Assembly: GCF_006345805.1 (NCBI RefSeq)
Contig: NC_043007.1
Location: 32,922,001-32,986,000, forward strand
Origin: Octopus sinensis
Lineage: Eukaryota
Direction of reading: 5' to 3'
Length of the DNA: 64,000 nucleotides
Both the position numbers and the translations under genes were made by a program. Shown here in pieces: positions 25,145 through 38,529 of the stretch. The notes below the pieces were generated by a model that saw only the letters and a list, made by a program, of their open reading frames with translations, was not told the origin of the DNA and did no database searches. Every line of letters starts with the position of its first letter. Position 1 is the first letter of the stretch.

Positions 25145-25760
25145 GTTCTCCGTCTGTTACGACGATGCACCTTTAAGTAGATCCGATCGACGAAGCAGCC
25201 TGTTTGTTCATGAAATAATTAGCGTGCACGTAGCTGAGTATTCCACAGACACGCGTACCCTTAACGTAGTTCTCAGGGAGATTCAGCGTGACACAGAGGA
25301 TGGGGACAAGGTTGGCCCTTTCAATTACAGGTACCGCTCAGTTTTACACCTGGGGGGACTGGAGCAATGTGAAATATCTATGAGTATATATATATATATA
25401 GTGGTTGTCTTGTAAGTAGCTTGCTTACCAACTACATGGTTCCTGGTTCAGTCCCACTGCGTTGCACCTTGGAAAAGTGTCTTCTGTTATAGCTTTGGGC
25501 CGACCAAAGCCTTGTGAGTGGATTTGGAAGACGGAAACTGAATGAATCCCGTCCTATATATGTATATATATATATGCATGTAATTATATACACATGCGTA
25601 TAGTGGTTAGGGTATTTGATTCATGGCCATAAGGTCGTGTGTTCGATGCCTGTTAACGCGTTGTGTCCTTGAGCAAGACACTTTATTTCACTCAGCTGTA
25701 AAACTGAGTGAATCCTATACTTGAATGCGCCAACGTTGTCCCACCCTGCATCACCCTGAA
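25145..25760. mobile_element. Three SINE fragments (type 1 tail on minus 25145-25380; family A 5' half on plus 25400-25560; CORE-like SINE on plus 25600-25760)
   Basis: Segments align with the copies at 35573, 44469 and 17583. Confidence 0.7.
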
Positions 25761-25865
25761 TAAAGAATGTTTGAAAATGCAATTTTAAAAGATGTTTATT
25801 TACTTTACCGGTTTCACTCTTTAGAAAAAGGTTATCAAAAGTAACATATAAATGTTTGGTTGTGT

Positions 25866-28300
25866 TAATTATTGGTTGTCACAAAATGCTACAAAACATA
25901 TATACAGACTTTGGTAACAAGAACATGTTAAAGACATAAAAAAGTTTAACGAGTTCCTTAAAATATTGGACACAAAAGATTACAACATAAATATACATTC
26001 TTAAGAAAATGTTAAAGATAGTTTCCAGAAGGAATTATTAAAAAGTTCAGTGGAATATTGGTATTGTATCTGTATATTCATACACGCACAGAATATTGGT
26101 TGTCACAAAATACTACAATACATATATATATTCTTTGGTAACAAGAACATGTTAAGAACATAAAAAAGTTTAACAAGTTCCTTAAAATATTGGGCACAAA
26201 AGATTACAACATAAATATACATTCTTAAGAAAATGTTAAAGATAGTTTCCAGAAGGAATTATTAAAAAGTTCAGTGGAATATTGGTATTGTATCTGTATA
26301 TTCATACACCACAGAATATTGGTTGTCACAAAATACTACAATACATATATATATTCTTTGTAACAAGAAATGTTAAGAACATAAAAAAGTTTAACAGTTC
26401 ATTAAAATATTGGGCACAAAAGATTACAACATAAATATACATTCTTAAAAAAATGTTAAAGATAGTTCCAGAAGGAATTATTAAAAAGTTCAGTGGAATA
26501 TTGGTATTGTATCTGTATATTCATACACGCACAGAATATTGGTGTCACAAAATACTACAATACATATATATATTCTTTGGTAACAAGAAAACATGTTAAG
26601 AACAGAAAAAGTTTAACAAGTTCATTAAAATATTGGGCACAAAAGATTATAACATAAATATACATCTTAAAAAAATGTTAAAGATAGTTTCCAGAAGGAA
26701 TTATTAAAAAGTTCAGTGGAATATTGGTATTGTATCTGTATATTCATACACGCACAGAATATTGGTTGTCACAAAATACTACAATACATATATATATTCT
26801 TTGGTAACAAGAACATGTTAAGAACATAAAAAAGTTTAACAAGTTCCTTAAAATATTGGGCTCAAAAGATTACAACATAAATATACATCTTAAAAAAATG
26901 TTAAAGATAGTTTCCAGAAGGAATTATTAAAAAGTTCAGTGGAATATTGGTATTGTATCTGTATATTTATACACGCACAGAATATTGGTTGTCACAAAAT
27001 ACTACAATACATATATATTCTTTGGTAACAAGAACATGTTAAGAACATAAAAAAGTTTAACAAGTTCCTTAAAATATTGGCACAAAAGATTACAACATAA
27101 ATATACATTCTTAAGAAAATGTTAAAGATAGTTTCCAGAAGGAATTATTAAAAAGTTCAGTGGAATATTGGTATTGTATCTGTATATTCATACACGCACA
27201 GAATATTGGTTGTCACAAAATACTACAATACATATATATATTCTTTGGTAACAAGAACATGTTAAGAACATAAAAAAGTTTAACAAGTTCCTTAAAATAT
27301 GGGCACAAAAGATTACAACATAATATACATTCTTAAGAAAATGTTAAAGATAGTTTCCAGAAGGAATTATTAAAAAGTTCAGTGGAATATTGGTATTGTA
27401 TCTGTATATTCATACACGCACAGAATATTGGTTGTCACAAAATACTACATACATATATATATTCTTTGGTAACAGAACATGTTAAGAACATAAAAAAGTT
27501 TAACAAGTTCCTTAAAATATGGGCACAAAAGATTACAACATAAATATACATTCTTAAGAAAATGTTAAGATAGTTTCCAGAAGGATTATTAAAAAGTTCA
27601 GTGGAATATTGGTATTGTATCTGTATATCATACACGCACAGAATATTGGTTGTCACAAAATACTACAATACATATATATTCTTTGGTAACAGAACATGTT
27701 AAGAACATAAAAAAGTTTAACAAGTTCCTTAAAATATTGGGCACAAAAGATTACAACATAAATATACATTCTTAAGAAAATGTTAAAGATAGTTTCCAGA
27801 AGGAATTATTAAAAAGTTCAGTGGAATATTGGTATTGTATCTGTATATTTATACACGCACAGAATATTGGTTGTCACAAAATACTACAATACATATATAT
27901 ATTCTTTGGTAACAAGAACATGTTAAGAACATAAAAAAGTTTAACAAGTTCATTAAAATATTGGGCACAAAAGATTACAACATAAATATACATTCTTAAG
28001 AAAATGTTAAAGATAGTTTCCAGAAGGAATTATTAAAAAGTTCAGTGGAATATTGGTATTGTATCTGTATATTCATACACGCACAGAATATTGGTTGTCA
28101 CAAAATACTACAATACATATATATATTCTTTGGTAACAAGAACATGTTAAGAACATAAAAAAGTTTAACAAGTTCATTAAAATATTGGGCACAAAAGATT
28201 ACAACATATATATACATTCTTAAAAAAATGTTAAAGATAGTTTCCAGAAGGAATTATTAAAAAGTTCAGTGGATTATTGGTATACACGCACAGAATATTA
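25866..28300 (+). repeat. Satellite, about 11 copies of a 220-224 bp unit
   Basis: Marker AAAAGTTCAGTGGA recurs 11 times from 26041 to 28260 (mean spacing about 222 bp); units differ mostly by 1-bp indels. Confidence 0.97.
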
Positions 28301-28448
28301 TAAGTTCAAAAAAGTTTACATTATAGTAATAAGGAACCTCAAACTGACCTGTCCACCATGTTATCGTAAAATACTATCGTTATTTAAATATCGATCTTAT
28401 CAAGTAGCCAGCATATGAATAAAAACGTTGAAAGGAAATAATTATTAT

Positions 28449-28807
28449 TAAAATTATAATTTGGGGTATCTAAGAGATACTATCACGCTGGAAATGGTAG
28501 CCAAAACTTGACTCTAAAACCACATTAACTGTTCATAAGGCACCAGGAGAGAAGACAAAGCGTCAAAATAAACTAGCAAAAAATTACTGGATAATTCCAG
28601 ATCCCGGATTTCTAGCTCTTTCTGATGAGGTAAAGTATTTTTTATGCGTAGTCATAAATTCGGGATCTGGAATTATCCAGTAAGTTTTTGCTAGTTTATT
28701 TTGTCGCCTTGTCTTCTCTCCTGGTGCTGTATGAACATTTAATGTGTTTTGGAGCCAAGTTTTGGCTGCTATTTCCAGCGTGGTAGTATCTCTTATATAC
28801 CCTAAAT

Positions 28808-28817
<10 letters not shown>
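28449..28817. mobile_element. Foldback-type MITE with about 165-bp inverted arms
   Basis: 28449-28610 is the approximate reverse complement of 28656-28817 (e.g. ACTGGATAATTCCAGATCCCG / CGGGATCTGGAATTATCCAGT); flanked by TA-rich DNA. Confidence 0.85.
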
Positions 28818-28858
<41 letters not shown>

Positions 28859-28867
28859 TATATATAT

Positions 28868-29185
28868 CGTGCAATCCTTCGGTTACGACGACGAGGGTTC
28901 CAGTTGATCCGTTCAGGGCAACATCTTACTCGTAATATTAGCATTCAAGTAGCTGACCACTCCACAGCCACGTGTACCTTTAACATAGTTCTCAAAGAGA
29001 TTCAACGTGACACTGGGTATGACAAGGCTGACCCTTTGAAATACAAGTGCTACTCATTATTGCTAGATGAGTGGACTGGAGCAACGTAAAATAAAGTGTC
29101 TTGCTCGAGGACACACTGCGTCGCCGGGAATTGAACTCACAACTTTACGATCGTCAGCTTTGATGCCCTAACCACTAAGCCACTA
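28868..29185 (-). mobile_element. SINE with CORE-like domain and type 1 tail
   Basis: TTCGGTTACGACGACGAGGGTTCCAGTTGATCC tail; AAAGTGTCTTGCTCGAGGACAC is the reverse CORE-like motif. Confidence 0.75.
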
Positions 29186-29229
29186 ATATGTATACATACA
29201 TATAAGTATATATACATATACATCCCCCC

Positions 29230-29261
<32 letters not shown>

Positions 29262-29634
29262 GTTCATGAAGTAAACGGAAGCTGGATTTAGTACGAATCT
29301 TTATTTAGCTCGACGATCGTTTACCCCATCCTGTAACTGTGCAATAGGGGTTGAATATTGAGCATCTGATTGGGTTGCATCAATCAGTACAGGTTGTGTC
29401 AGTTCAGCTGCTTGGTGTAGAATGTTTTCTACACATGTTTCAAAGGCCGCAAAATTCCAAATTCGTATTGAATAAGGAGACCATTTGCAGCATTCTCTTC
29501 AGGAAAATCCAGGAATTTAAAAATCCAAACAAATGCGCAGCAAGGTAGAACAAAGCGCTCCTTAGGAGCCCATGAAAGCACCTTCACTAAATATATATAT
29601 ATATATATATAGATATATATATATATATATATAT

Positions 29635-29780
29635 CCTTCTTTTTTCTGTTCCCTTTCTGTAGAAGAGCCTGGGCTTGAAACGTAAAAGACTTTTCTATCC
29701 CTGAGCGTTATACTAATACATCTATTTGTTTTGTACACCATCTACCTTCGTCTTTTGCTTTTTCGTAAACTCTCCCTATA
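29635..29780 (+). mobile_element. Short dispersed repeat, family H1, with hammerhead-like motif at 29653-29689
   Basis: CTTT-CTGTAGAA-GAGC-CTGG-GCTT-GAAAC-GTA-AAAG followed by the CTGAGCG..TACTAATACA body shared with other H1 copies. Confidence 0.65.
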
Positions 29781-29849
29781 TATATATATATTATATATAT
29801 ATGTATGTATGTATGTATATATGTATATATATATATATGTATGTATGTA

Positions 29850-29921
<72 letters not shown>

Positions 29922-29932
29922 TATATATATAT

Positions 29933-29976
<44 letters not shown>

Positions 29977-30004
29977 TATATATATATATATAGATAGATA
30001 GATA

Positions 30005-30045
<41 letters not shown>

Positions 30046-30640
30046 AGATAGATAGATAACAGACAAGGAAAAAGGAAGTAAAATTATTAGTTACTTATGA
30101 AGGAATCATTTTGTGTTAACATATAGGACGTACTTGTATTGAAACCAGAGATGTTTAAATGAGTGCAGCAGTCATTGTGGTACAAATTAGAAACTTGTTG
30201 GTTGAAATATTTTTAGCGACAATGTGATGTAACGTACATTAGCACTCAATCAACTTTCTCATATTACTCTCGCCAAGATTCAAAGAAATAAACGAAATAG
30301 TTTTTGTAGGTAAAACGAAAAAGGGAGAGCATCCATCGTATCTGAAATACATAAATATCACATAATACATCCACACACACACATCCACACACCCAGAGAC
30401 ATTCATATATAAATAAATATCTATATAAATATATATAGATATATATGTGTACATGGGTATATATACACGTAAATACATAAACGTATATACATACTTATAT
30501 GTATATAAGTTTACGTATATATGTATATATTTATATATGTATATATTTATATTCGTATATGTATATATGTACATACATATGTATATAAATATATTACGTA
30601 AATATCTCTTTCTGTATGTATATGTGTGTGTGTGCATGTA

Positions 30641-32039
30641 TCTTATATATATATATATAAATGACAATGTGTGTCTGTCTCTCTGTCTGTGTGTCTCCCT
30701 AATACTTGAGAACTACACAACCAATCTCATTCAAATTTTACACATGCCTTACTTAGTGTCCATGTAGTTTCATGGGCAAAGAAATGTTCAACTTCTTGTC
30801 TAGAGCGAGCCCTTTGCAATATTATATCTTCTCCACTATTTCAGTATTACGTGTTAAAAGTGAAATAAAAACATTTCTCTATTTTATGTCAGATACTTCC
30901 ACTTTAACAATAAAAATAATAATAACAATTGAATTATATGTAGTAAGTAATAATTAAAATCAAACTAAAGTATAATATAATCGTAACATAACAAAAGTAA
31001 AAATAGCAATTGGTATAAAATTGCATCAATGACTTGAACTTGAATAAGTGGTTTCACATGAATGGGAATAAATTAAATTAAATCAACTGCGTACTGATTT
31101 TTGATTCACCATAAGGTTTGTTGTTATCATTATTACTGTTTAACTATTGTTATCAGGTTTGTTGGTTCCTCGTAAGGGAAACGTTGTTGTGTTGCATTTG
31201 TTAAATAATTGTAAACTGAAACCTGTGGGAGAAGGAGCTTTGGTTATTGTTTAGAAATTGAATTGTGTCCCTGTTTGGGGAAATTGACAATATTTTCACC
31301 GTTTACACGGAAGCATTTTTGTTAGAATGCCTTCGATAGAAGAAAGTCCAAAAATGAATTTCGCTGCAGCCGTTGGCAGGTGCGAACTCATTAAAATTAA
31401 AACGGAAGAAATACAAACCTATTTCGGATTGATCACCGACAAAGACGGTGACTCTAGGATAACACCACCAAACGAAATAAAAAATTAAATTAAAGAAAAG
31501 ACTATTGTCTATAAAGTATACAATGTAGAGAAAAAAATATTTGAACACCTCGAGGAAGGCACCATCGAAAAGTGTCTTGGTGCGACTATGAAAGATATCT
31601 AACCAGAGGCGGTAAATTCGCCACAATTGAAGCAAGGTTCGAGTCAACGGAGCGTGCAAGGGAGTACTCAACTCGAACTTTGCAAAGTGTAAATATTTTA
31701 GTTTTACCTTTATATCTGGGACGTAGGACGTCCCGGATAAAAGTTTAAGATGTCCCCCCAGAAGTAGAGGTAGGCTGGATTGTAGCCACACTTCTATACA
31801 AGAGGTAGGACAAGATACAATTGATCAAAATTGCAAGAGACGGGCCTACAATTCCAGTTTATTATAGATTTTGAGTATTGTTATCACTAGCGATATCAAG
31901 ATATAACTTTGTATTTTGTATTTTATGTGTAGATGTATATGTATAGATGTACATGCAATATGTACACATATATATATATATATACACATATATACATGCA
32001 CTAGCACTATGACCCGGCAACGACGGGCCATAAGGCTAG
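30641..32039 (+). mobile_element. Non-autonomous Helitron, 1.4 kb
   Basis: A^TCTTATATAT...TGTGTCTGTC 5' end; 3' hairpin CCCGGCAACGACGGG then CTAG^T at 32036-32040. Confidence 0.7.
31327..31845 (+). pseudogene. Decayed LINE ORF1-like (RRM-like) fragment inside the Helitron
   Basis: MPSIEESPKMNFAAAVG...FATIEARFESTERARE...GRRTSRIKV*DVPPEVEVGWIVATLL with stops and frameshift; resembles L1/Tx1 ORF1. Confidence 0.45.
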
Positions 32040-32316
32040 TATTTATATAAATGGTGTGCAGATAGTCTCTTTTATGTATGTATGTATGTATGTATGTATG
32101 TATGTATGTATGTATGTATGTACGTGCGTATGTATGTATGTATCTATGAGATTATTCAGATAAACTGATCAACGCTGGTAAACCTTCGAATGTGTGTCAG
32201 CTCAGCAACACGAACAACTCTTAATTGAAAAATAGCATCTCTACATAAAACCCTTCCAGTTCAGTCCGTCACGAGATACACTTGAAAAGAAAATAATTCT
32301 GGAAATAGCGGGTTCT

Positions 32317-32923
32317 TTAACCCTTCAGCTTTTATGCTGGTTATATCTGGCCAGAATAATTTGGGTTTTTTTCCTTTTACCTGTTTCAGTCATTCTTGGA
32401 GAATTTTAATCGAACAAATCGACCTTAATACTTACTATTATTTTTTATGTCTTGTACTTATTCTATCGGTCTCTTAGCCGAACCGCTAAGTTACGGGGAC
32501 GCAAATACAACAACACCGGTTGGGAGACAAACACAGATAGAAACACATACACACATATAGATATATACGTATTTATATACGAAGGGCTTCTTTCAATTTT
32601 CGTCTACCAAATCTACTAACAAAGCTTTAGTCGGACCAAGGCTATATTTGAAGACACTTGCCCAAGTTGCCACACAGTAGGACTGAACCTGGAACCATGT
32701 AGTTGGAAAGCAAGTTTCTTACCATACAGCCATGCCTACGTCTAGCTGTTTTATCTTCAAACCTGCCAGATCTGACTTCTCACACTTACTCTACAATGTT
32801 ATTCTAAATATAAACAATCATCTCATTGACATCTCTGTGCTATAGTTTTATGTATTTCATACAAATCAATATGACTAAATAAGCATTACATCTGACAGAA
32901 GAATCTGAATGCTAAAAAGATAA
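32317..32923. mobile_element. piggyBac-like MITE remnant interrupted by a family A SINE (32368-32740, minus)
   Basis: Left end TTAACCCTTCAGC, right end AATCTGAATGCTAAAAAGATAAA (decayed inverse); the right-end segment recurs at 39650-39770. Confidence 0.5.
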
Positions 32924-33499
32924 ATAGATGTCGTTACCTTTAGATAAATATCTCATGTCAGTTCACATCCAAGACACATATAATCAAAGAGAATCTGGCC
33001 TTCTCTGTCTTGTCTTTCTAGAAATACTTTATACTATACTATGCACCGAATCCTTCTTTGTTTTGATAGACAGTAGAGTGCGATTTGCTATCTCTGCTAT
33101 TTCTAGCAGATCGAGTGACCACCTACAGGACTCCTCACTCTCTTTCTGATATATGTCCCGCCCTCTCTTCCTCTCTCCCTCTCTCTCATTCTCTCTCTTT
33201 TTTTCGTCTCTTCCTATTCTCTCTTTCTGGTGAATTGATTTAGAGTAGAATTGGAAAGCAACACAAAGAAAAAAAAAAGAAAACAAAGAAAGAGAAAGAG
33301 ATTTGCTGACATCTTGAACGAATCTTGAAAGCTATTTAAAGGTCATATGCATTGTTAAGTACGGCTTCGTTTATCGCTTTATAGTATTGAATATTATTAT
33401 ATAGGATAAACTCGTTCGCAGTTGTACATCAGAATTATAATAACAATTTAAAACGCATTTTTATATTTCTTAATTTTGTTTCTTTTTACTCTTTAAGTG

Positions 33500-33900
33500 T
33501 GTAGAGGAAAGCAGTACCCATGTCCGCCACAAGACTTTGTAAACGGGTGAAACTTATGCTAAAACTGCGGATAAAGATATGAGCAGAAAGCGAGATCGAG
33601 AGAACCGACGATTTTGCAAAGGAATGGCTAGGTACAGGGATGAGTACAAAGCCTGAAATGTTGGGTGCAAAACGGGTATGAGATATCTAAGTCAAATACA
33701 GTAAGTTCCAAGGAGTAGAGGCCATTATATTAACTTCCAACGCAGAGACTTGCTGTCTTTTCTCACTGTCTTTTGTAGCAATGTCAAAATCGTCTCCGCT
33801 CCCCGGAACTAACTGGCGTCGTGCCATCACCATCTGGTATACTCCCAACTTACAAGTTACCCTTGTTTTGTGCGACCTACCCTTTCCTTGCACTCTTGAT
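33500..33900. mobile_element. Highly decayed L1/Tx1-like LINE remnants
   Basis: Plus strand LRIKI*AESEIERTDDFAKEWL resembles Tx1 ORF2 C-termini; weak RT-like residues on minus. Confidence 0.3.
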
Positions 33901-33918
33901 TATTCAAAGACCTTACTT

Positions 33919-34231
33919 AGTGGAGGCACATGGCCTAGTGGTTAGAGCAGCGAACTCGCGGTCGAAGGATCGCAGGTTCGAATCTCAGACCGGGCGATCT
34001 GTGTGTTTATGAGCGAAAACACCTAAGCTCTATGCGGCTCCGGCAGAAGGTAATGGCGAACTTCTGCTGACTCTTTCGCCACAACTTTTTCTCACTCTTT
34101 TCCCCTGCATCTTGAAGCTCACCTGCGACGGACCCGCGTCTCGTCCAGGTGGGGAACCTATACGCCAAGAAACCGGGAAACCAGCCCTTATGAGCCAGGT
34201 ATGGCTCGAGAAGGAACAAACAGACAAACAA
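33919..34231 (+). mobile_element. SINE family B, tail type 3, 13-bp TSD
   Basis: AAAGACCTTACTT at 33906-33918 and 34232-34244. Confidence 0.9.
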
Positions 34232-34900
34232 AAAGACCTTACTTCAAGAACAGTTTCCTTCTGGAATTTCCTCTCGGTACATGTCTTTTTTCCAAGGGTA
34301 AACCCGCGACAGCTTAAACGGAGCATAGACAACACCAGGCTTACCTGTGTCCAAGATCATGCCGGGGTCATAGACTAAGCTCCGTTACTTCCTCTAGACT
34401 CAACAAATGAAAGGAAAATACAAAACAAAGAAGAAACAGATAGAGGAAATCTCATATCTTCTTGGACAGACGGTGAAATAATATCGATGGTATAGTATTA
34501 AAGATATAGTAATTAAAAGATGCCAGAAGGTTCCGACGTGCAACAACAAAATAAAGAATGACTTAATATCAAGTCTCAGGATTTTATAATATATATTAAA
34601 TTTTAACTGAAAATAACCATTGTGAAGTTCTTCATTGTCTGGATATAAACAACTTCAGAAATAAACGTGAACCTATTTCAATAATGATAATTATGTCTAT
34701 TGAAATGATTGATTTGAATTTCAATCAAAACTGATCGAAGCTGTAAATTAATTTCTTTTCCTTTTCCGTTTAATTAAAACCCTTGAAATAACCTTTATTG
34801 TCATTATCACAATATTGTGATTGTTCTGAAAAGTATTTACTCGAAGAGTGCAAGAATATCAAGCAATTATTTTCTGTATATATATATATATACATACACG

Positions 34901-35030
<130 letters not shown>

Positions 35031-35034
35031 TATT

Positions 35035-35104
<70 letters not shown>

Positions 35105-35572
35105 TTTCCTGATTTGTTCTTTATGTTATCGGTTATCTATTAAGCAACCAATAACAGAGTCATGGCCTTTCAAAGCAATAGATGACCAATTAGATTATGG
35201 GACTGACCGTAAACCCCTCTTCACCTCCCGTAGGATTTAAGCTACTCGATAAATAAGAATTTTAGAACCAACTAATATCACAGGTATTAATATAAACTCT
35301 AACCCACTTATAGTGGACCTTTGTCTAAAACTCTCAATAGAAAACATATCGAATGTTTTATATGAAAATATATATATGATGTGTATAATTATTATAAGTA
35401 TATATAAAAAGAAAAATACGAACTATTGAAAAAAATCCACAATATAAATGGACATACGCAGAGACTCTTCGGCAGAGAGTAATGCAGTGTAAAGCTGAGA
35501 TTTGCGTATTGTCGAGGGTTTTTACCAGTATATTGAGCAGAACGATTTGCAAGGACATTAATATTATCACGT

Positions 35573-35956
35573 GGAGGCGCAATGGCCCAGTGGTTAGGGC
35601 AGCGGACTCGCGGTCATAGAATCGCGGTTTCGATTCCCAGACCGGGCGTTGTGAGTGTTTATTGAGCGAAAGCACCTAAAAGCTCCACGAGGCTCCGGCA
35701 GGGGATGGTGGTGATCCCTGCTGTACTCTCTCACCACAACTTTCTCTCACTCTTACTTCCTGTTTCTGTTGTACCTGTATTTCAAGGGGCCGGCCTTGTC
35801 ACTCTCTGTGTCACGCTGAATATCCCCGAGAACTACGTTAAGGGTGCACGTGTCTGTGGAGTGCTCAGCCACTTACACGTCAATTTCACGAGCAGGCTGT
35901 TCCGTTGATTCGGATCAACCGGAACCCTCATCGTCGTAACCGACGGAGTGCTTCCA
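35573..35956 (+). mobile_element. SINE family B, full length, tail type 1, 13-bp TSD
   Basis: AATATTATCACGT at 35560-35572 and 35957-35969. Confidence 0.92.
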
Positions 35957-36039
35957 AATATTATCACGTAATATCTGACGTCGAACGTACGATACATCAC
36001 ATACATACATAGACCTGACATTATAGTTTGTGTTAAAAA

Positions 36040-36535
36040 AGAGAAACTACGTACAGTTGTGGAAATCAGCTACCTAGCGGACGATCAGTGTAAAAGAGAA
36101 TACCTACGATGAACTATTGCGAAATCTGCAGTTACTCAATCCAGATTGCAATTTCAGGTTTACACATGTAATTATTGGGACCCTGGGTTATATGTAACAC
36201 ACTGCCTAAATACTAATCTTGAGAAATTAGGCTTCTCAAAATTAGAAGGGAGAAAGCCAATTCGAAAACTACAGATCCAATCCATCACTGGAACTGTAAA
36301 AATCGGTAAAATTTTCCAGGAATTTATCATTTAAGTATATATGAGCAGGTCTAGATATGCAACTATATGCATGAGAACACATGCCTAGAACGAAACATAT
36401 AAATCTCCACCTGTACCTACAAGAATACCCTGTTGCTGTTTTGAAATTCCAATCGAGGAGCCTTGGATCTAGGCTAGACAATAGCTCTTTCTCTATTAGC
36501 AAGAAATGTTGAAATAAAACTGAATAATGATATTA
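36040..36535 (+). mobile_element. 5'-truncated R4/Dong-like LINE: RLE domain and 3' UTR ending in (TACA)n
   Basis: KLRTVVEIS...KENTYDELLRNLQLLNPD...IIGTLGYVTHCLNTNLEKLGFS..IRKLQIQSITGTVKI matches an RLE C-terminus (frameshifted); TACA repeats on both flanks. Confidence 0.7.
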
Positions 36536-37624
36536 ATACATACATACATACATACATACATGCATGCATACATACATACATACATACATACATGCATACA
36601 TACATACATATATACATACATACATACATGCATACATGCATACATACATACATACATACATACATACATACATACATACATACATACATACATACACACA
36701 TACATACATACATACATGCATGCATACATACATACATATATACATACATACATACATACATACATATATGCATGCATATATGTATGGAGGCTTAGCACTG
36801 TGGATGAAGTTAAAAACAGGAGAAGGGAGATTTTTACCTCTAAACCAGCCATTGGTATAAGCGTGGAATTGAGCATCTAGCACAACGATGACAATAGACA
36901 GTAGAACATGATGGGATATATTTTGATGAATAAACACTTTTCATATGTAATCTGTTTGAAATGATAAAGCTTGAAATACGAAAAACTTAAGACTCAACCA
37001 GGTTCATACATATATACATACATACATGTATGTGTGTGAATGTGTGTGTGAGTGTGTGGTGTATGTGTATGTGTGTGTGAGTGTGTGTGTGTGTGTTTGT
37101 GTGTGTGTGCATGTGTGTCTGTGTCTGTGTGTGCTTGTATACAAGCATTAAATGTTCGTTCATTCGCAGAGTTCTTTCTGCTTGGAATACATACATACAT
37201 ACATACAACATACATACATACATACATACATACCTACATACATACATACATGCATGCATACATACATACATACATACATACATACATACGTACATACATA
37301 CATACATGCATGCATACATACATACATACATACATACATAAATACATACATGCATACATACATACGTACATACATACATACATGCAAGCATACATACATA
37401 CATACATAGATAAATACATACATGCATACATACATACGTACATCATACATACATGCATGCATACATACATATATGCATACATACATACATGCATACATGC
37501 ATACATACATACCATACATACATACATACCATACATACATACATCATACATACATACATACATACATACGTACATACATACATACACCATACATACATAC
37601 ATGCATAATACATACATATATACA

Positions 37625-37657
<33 letters not shown>

Positions 37658-38429
37658 GCATGCATAATGTATGGAGGCTTAGCACTGTGGATGAAGTTAA
37701 AAACAGGAGAAGGGAGATTTTTACCTCTAAACCAGCCATTGGTATAAGCGTGGAATTGAGCATCTAGCACAACGATGACAATAGACAGTAGAACATGATG
37801 GGATATATTTTGATGAATAAACACTTTTCTTATGTAATCTGTTTGAAATGATAAAGCTTGAAATACGAAAAACTTAAGACTCAACCAGGTTCATACATAT
37901 ATACATACATACATGTATGTGTGTGAATGTGTGTGAGTGTGTGGTGTATGTGTATGTGTGTGTGAGTGTGTGTGTGTGTGTTTGTGTGTGTGTGCATGTG
38001 TGTCTGTGTCTGTGTGTGCTTGTATACAAGCATTAAATGTTCGTTCATTCGCAGAGTTCTTTCTGCTTGGAATACATACATACATACATACATAAATACA
38101 TACATGCATACATACATACCTACATACATACATACATGCATGCATACATACATACATACATACATACATACATACATACATACGTACATACATACATACA
38201 TGCATGCATACATACATACATACATACATAAATACATACATGCATACATACATACGTACATACATACATACATGCAAGCATACATACATACATACATAGA
38301 TAAATACATACATGCATACATACATACGTACATCATACATACATGCATGCATACATACATACATGCATACATAAATACATACATGCATACATACATACAT
38401 ACATACATACATACATACATACATACATG

Positions 38430-38461
<32 letters not shown>

Positions 38462-38524
38462 CATACATGCATACATACATAAATACATACATACATACAT
38501 ACGTACATACATACATACACGCAC
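36536..38524 (+). repeat. Tandem duplication of an 887-bp unit embedded in (TACA)n/(TG)n
   Basis: GTATGGAGGCTTAGCACTG starts at 36782 and 37669; second unique block at about 37135 and 38021; unique parts nearly identical. Confidence 0.9.
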
Positions 38525-38529
38525 ACATT

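Noticed and set aside
28615-28650. CTGATGAG in the foldback spacer as a hammerhead core
   Set aside because: No stem II followed by GAAA and no stem I partner.
29330-29560. Coding-like unique stretch (minus: WSPYSIRIWNFAAFETCVENILHQAAEL)
   Set aside because: No recognisable family, start or splice signals; left unassigned.
35573-35650. tRNA-like heads with A/B boxes
   Set aside because: They continue into SINE bodies and do not close a cloverleaf; not tRNA genes.
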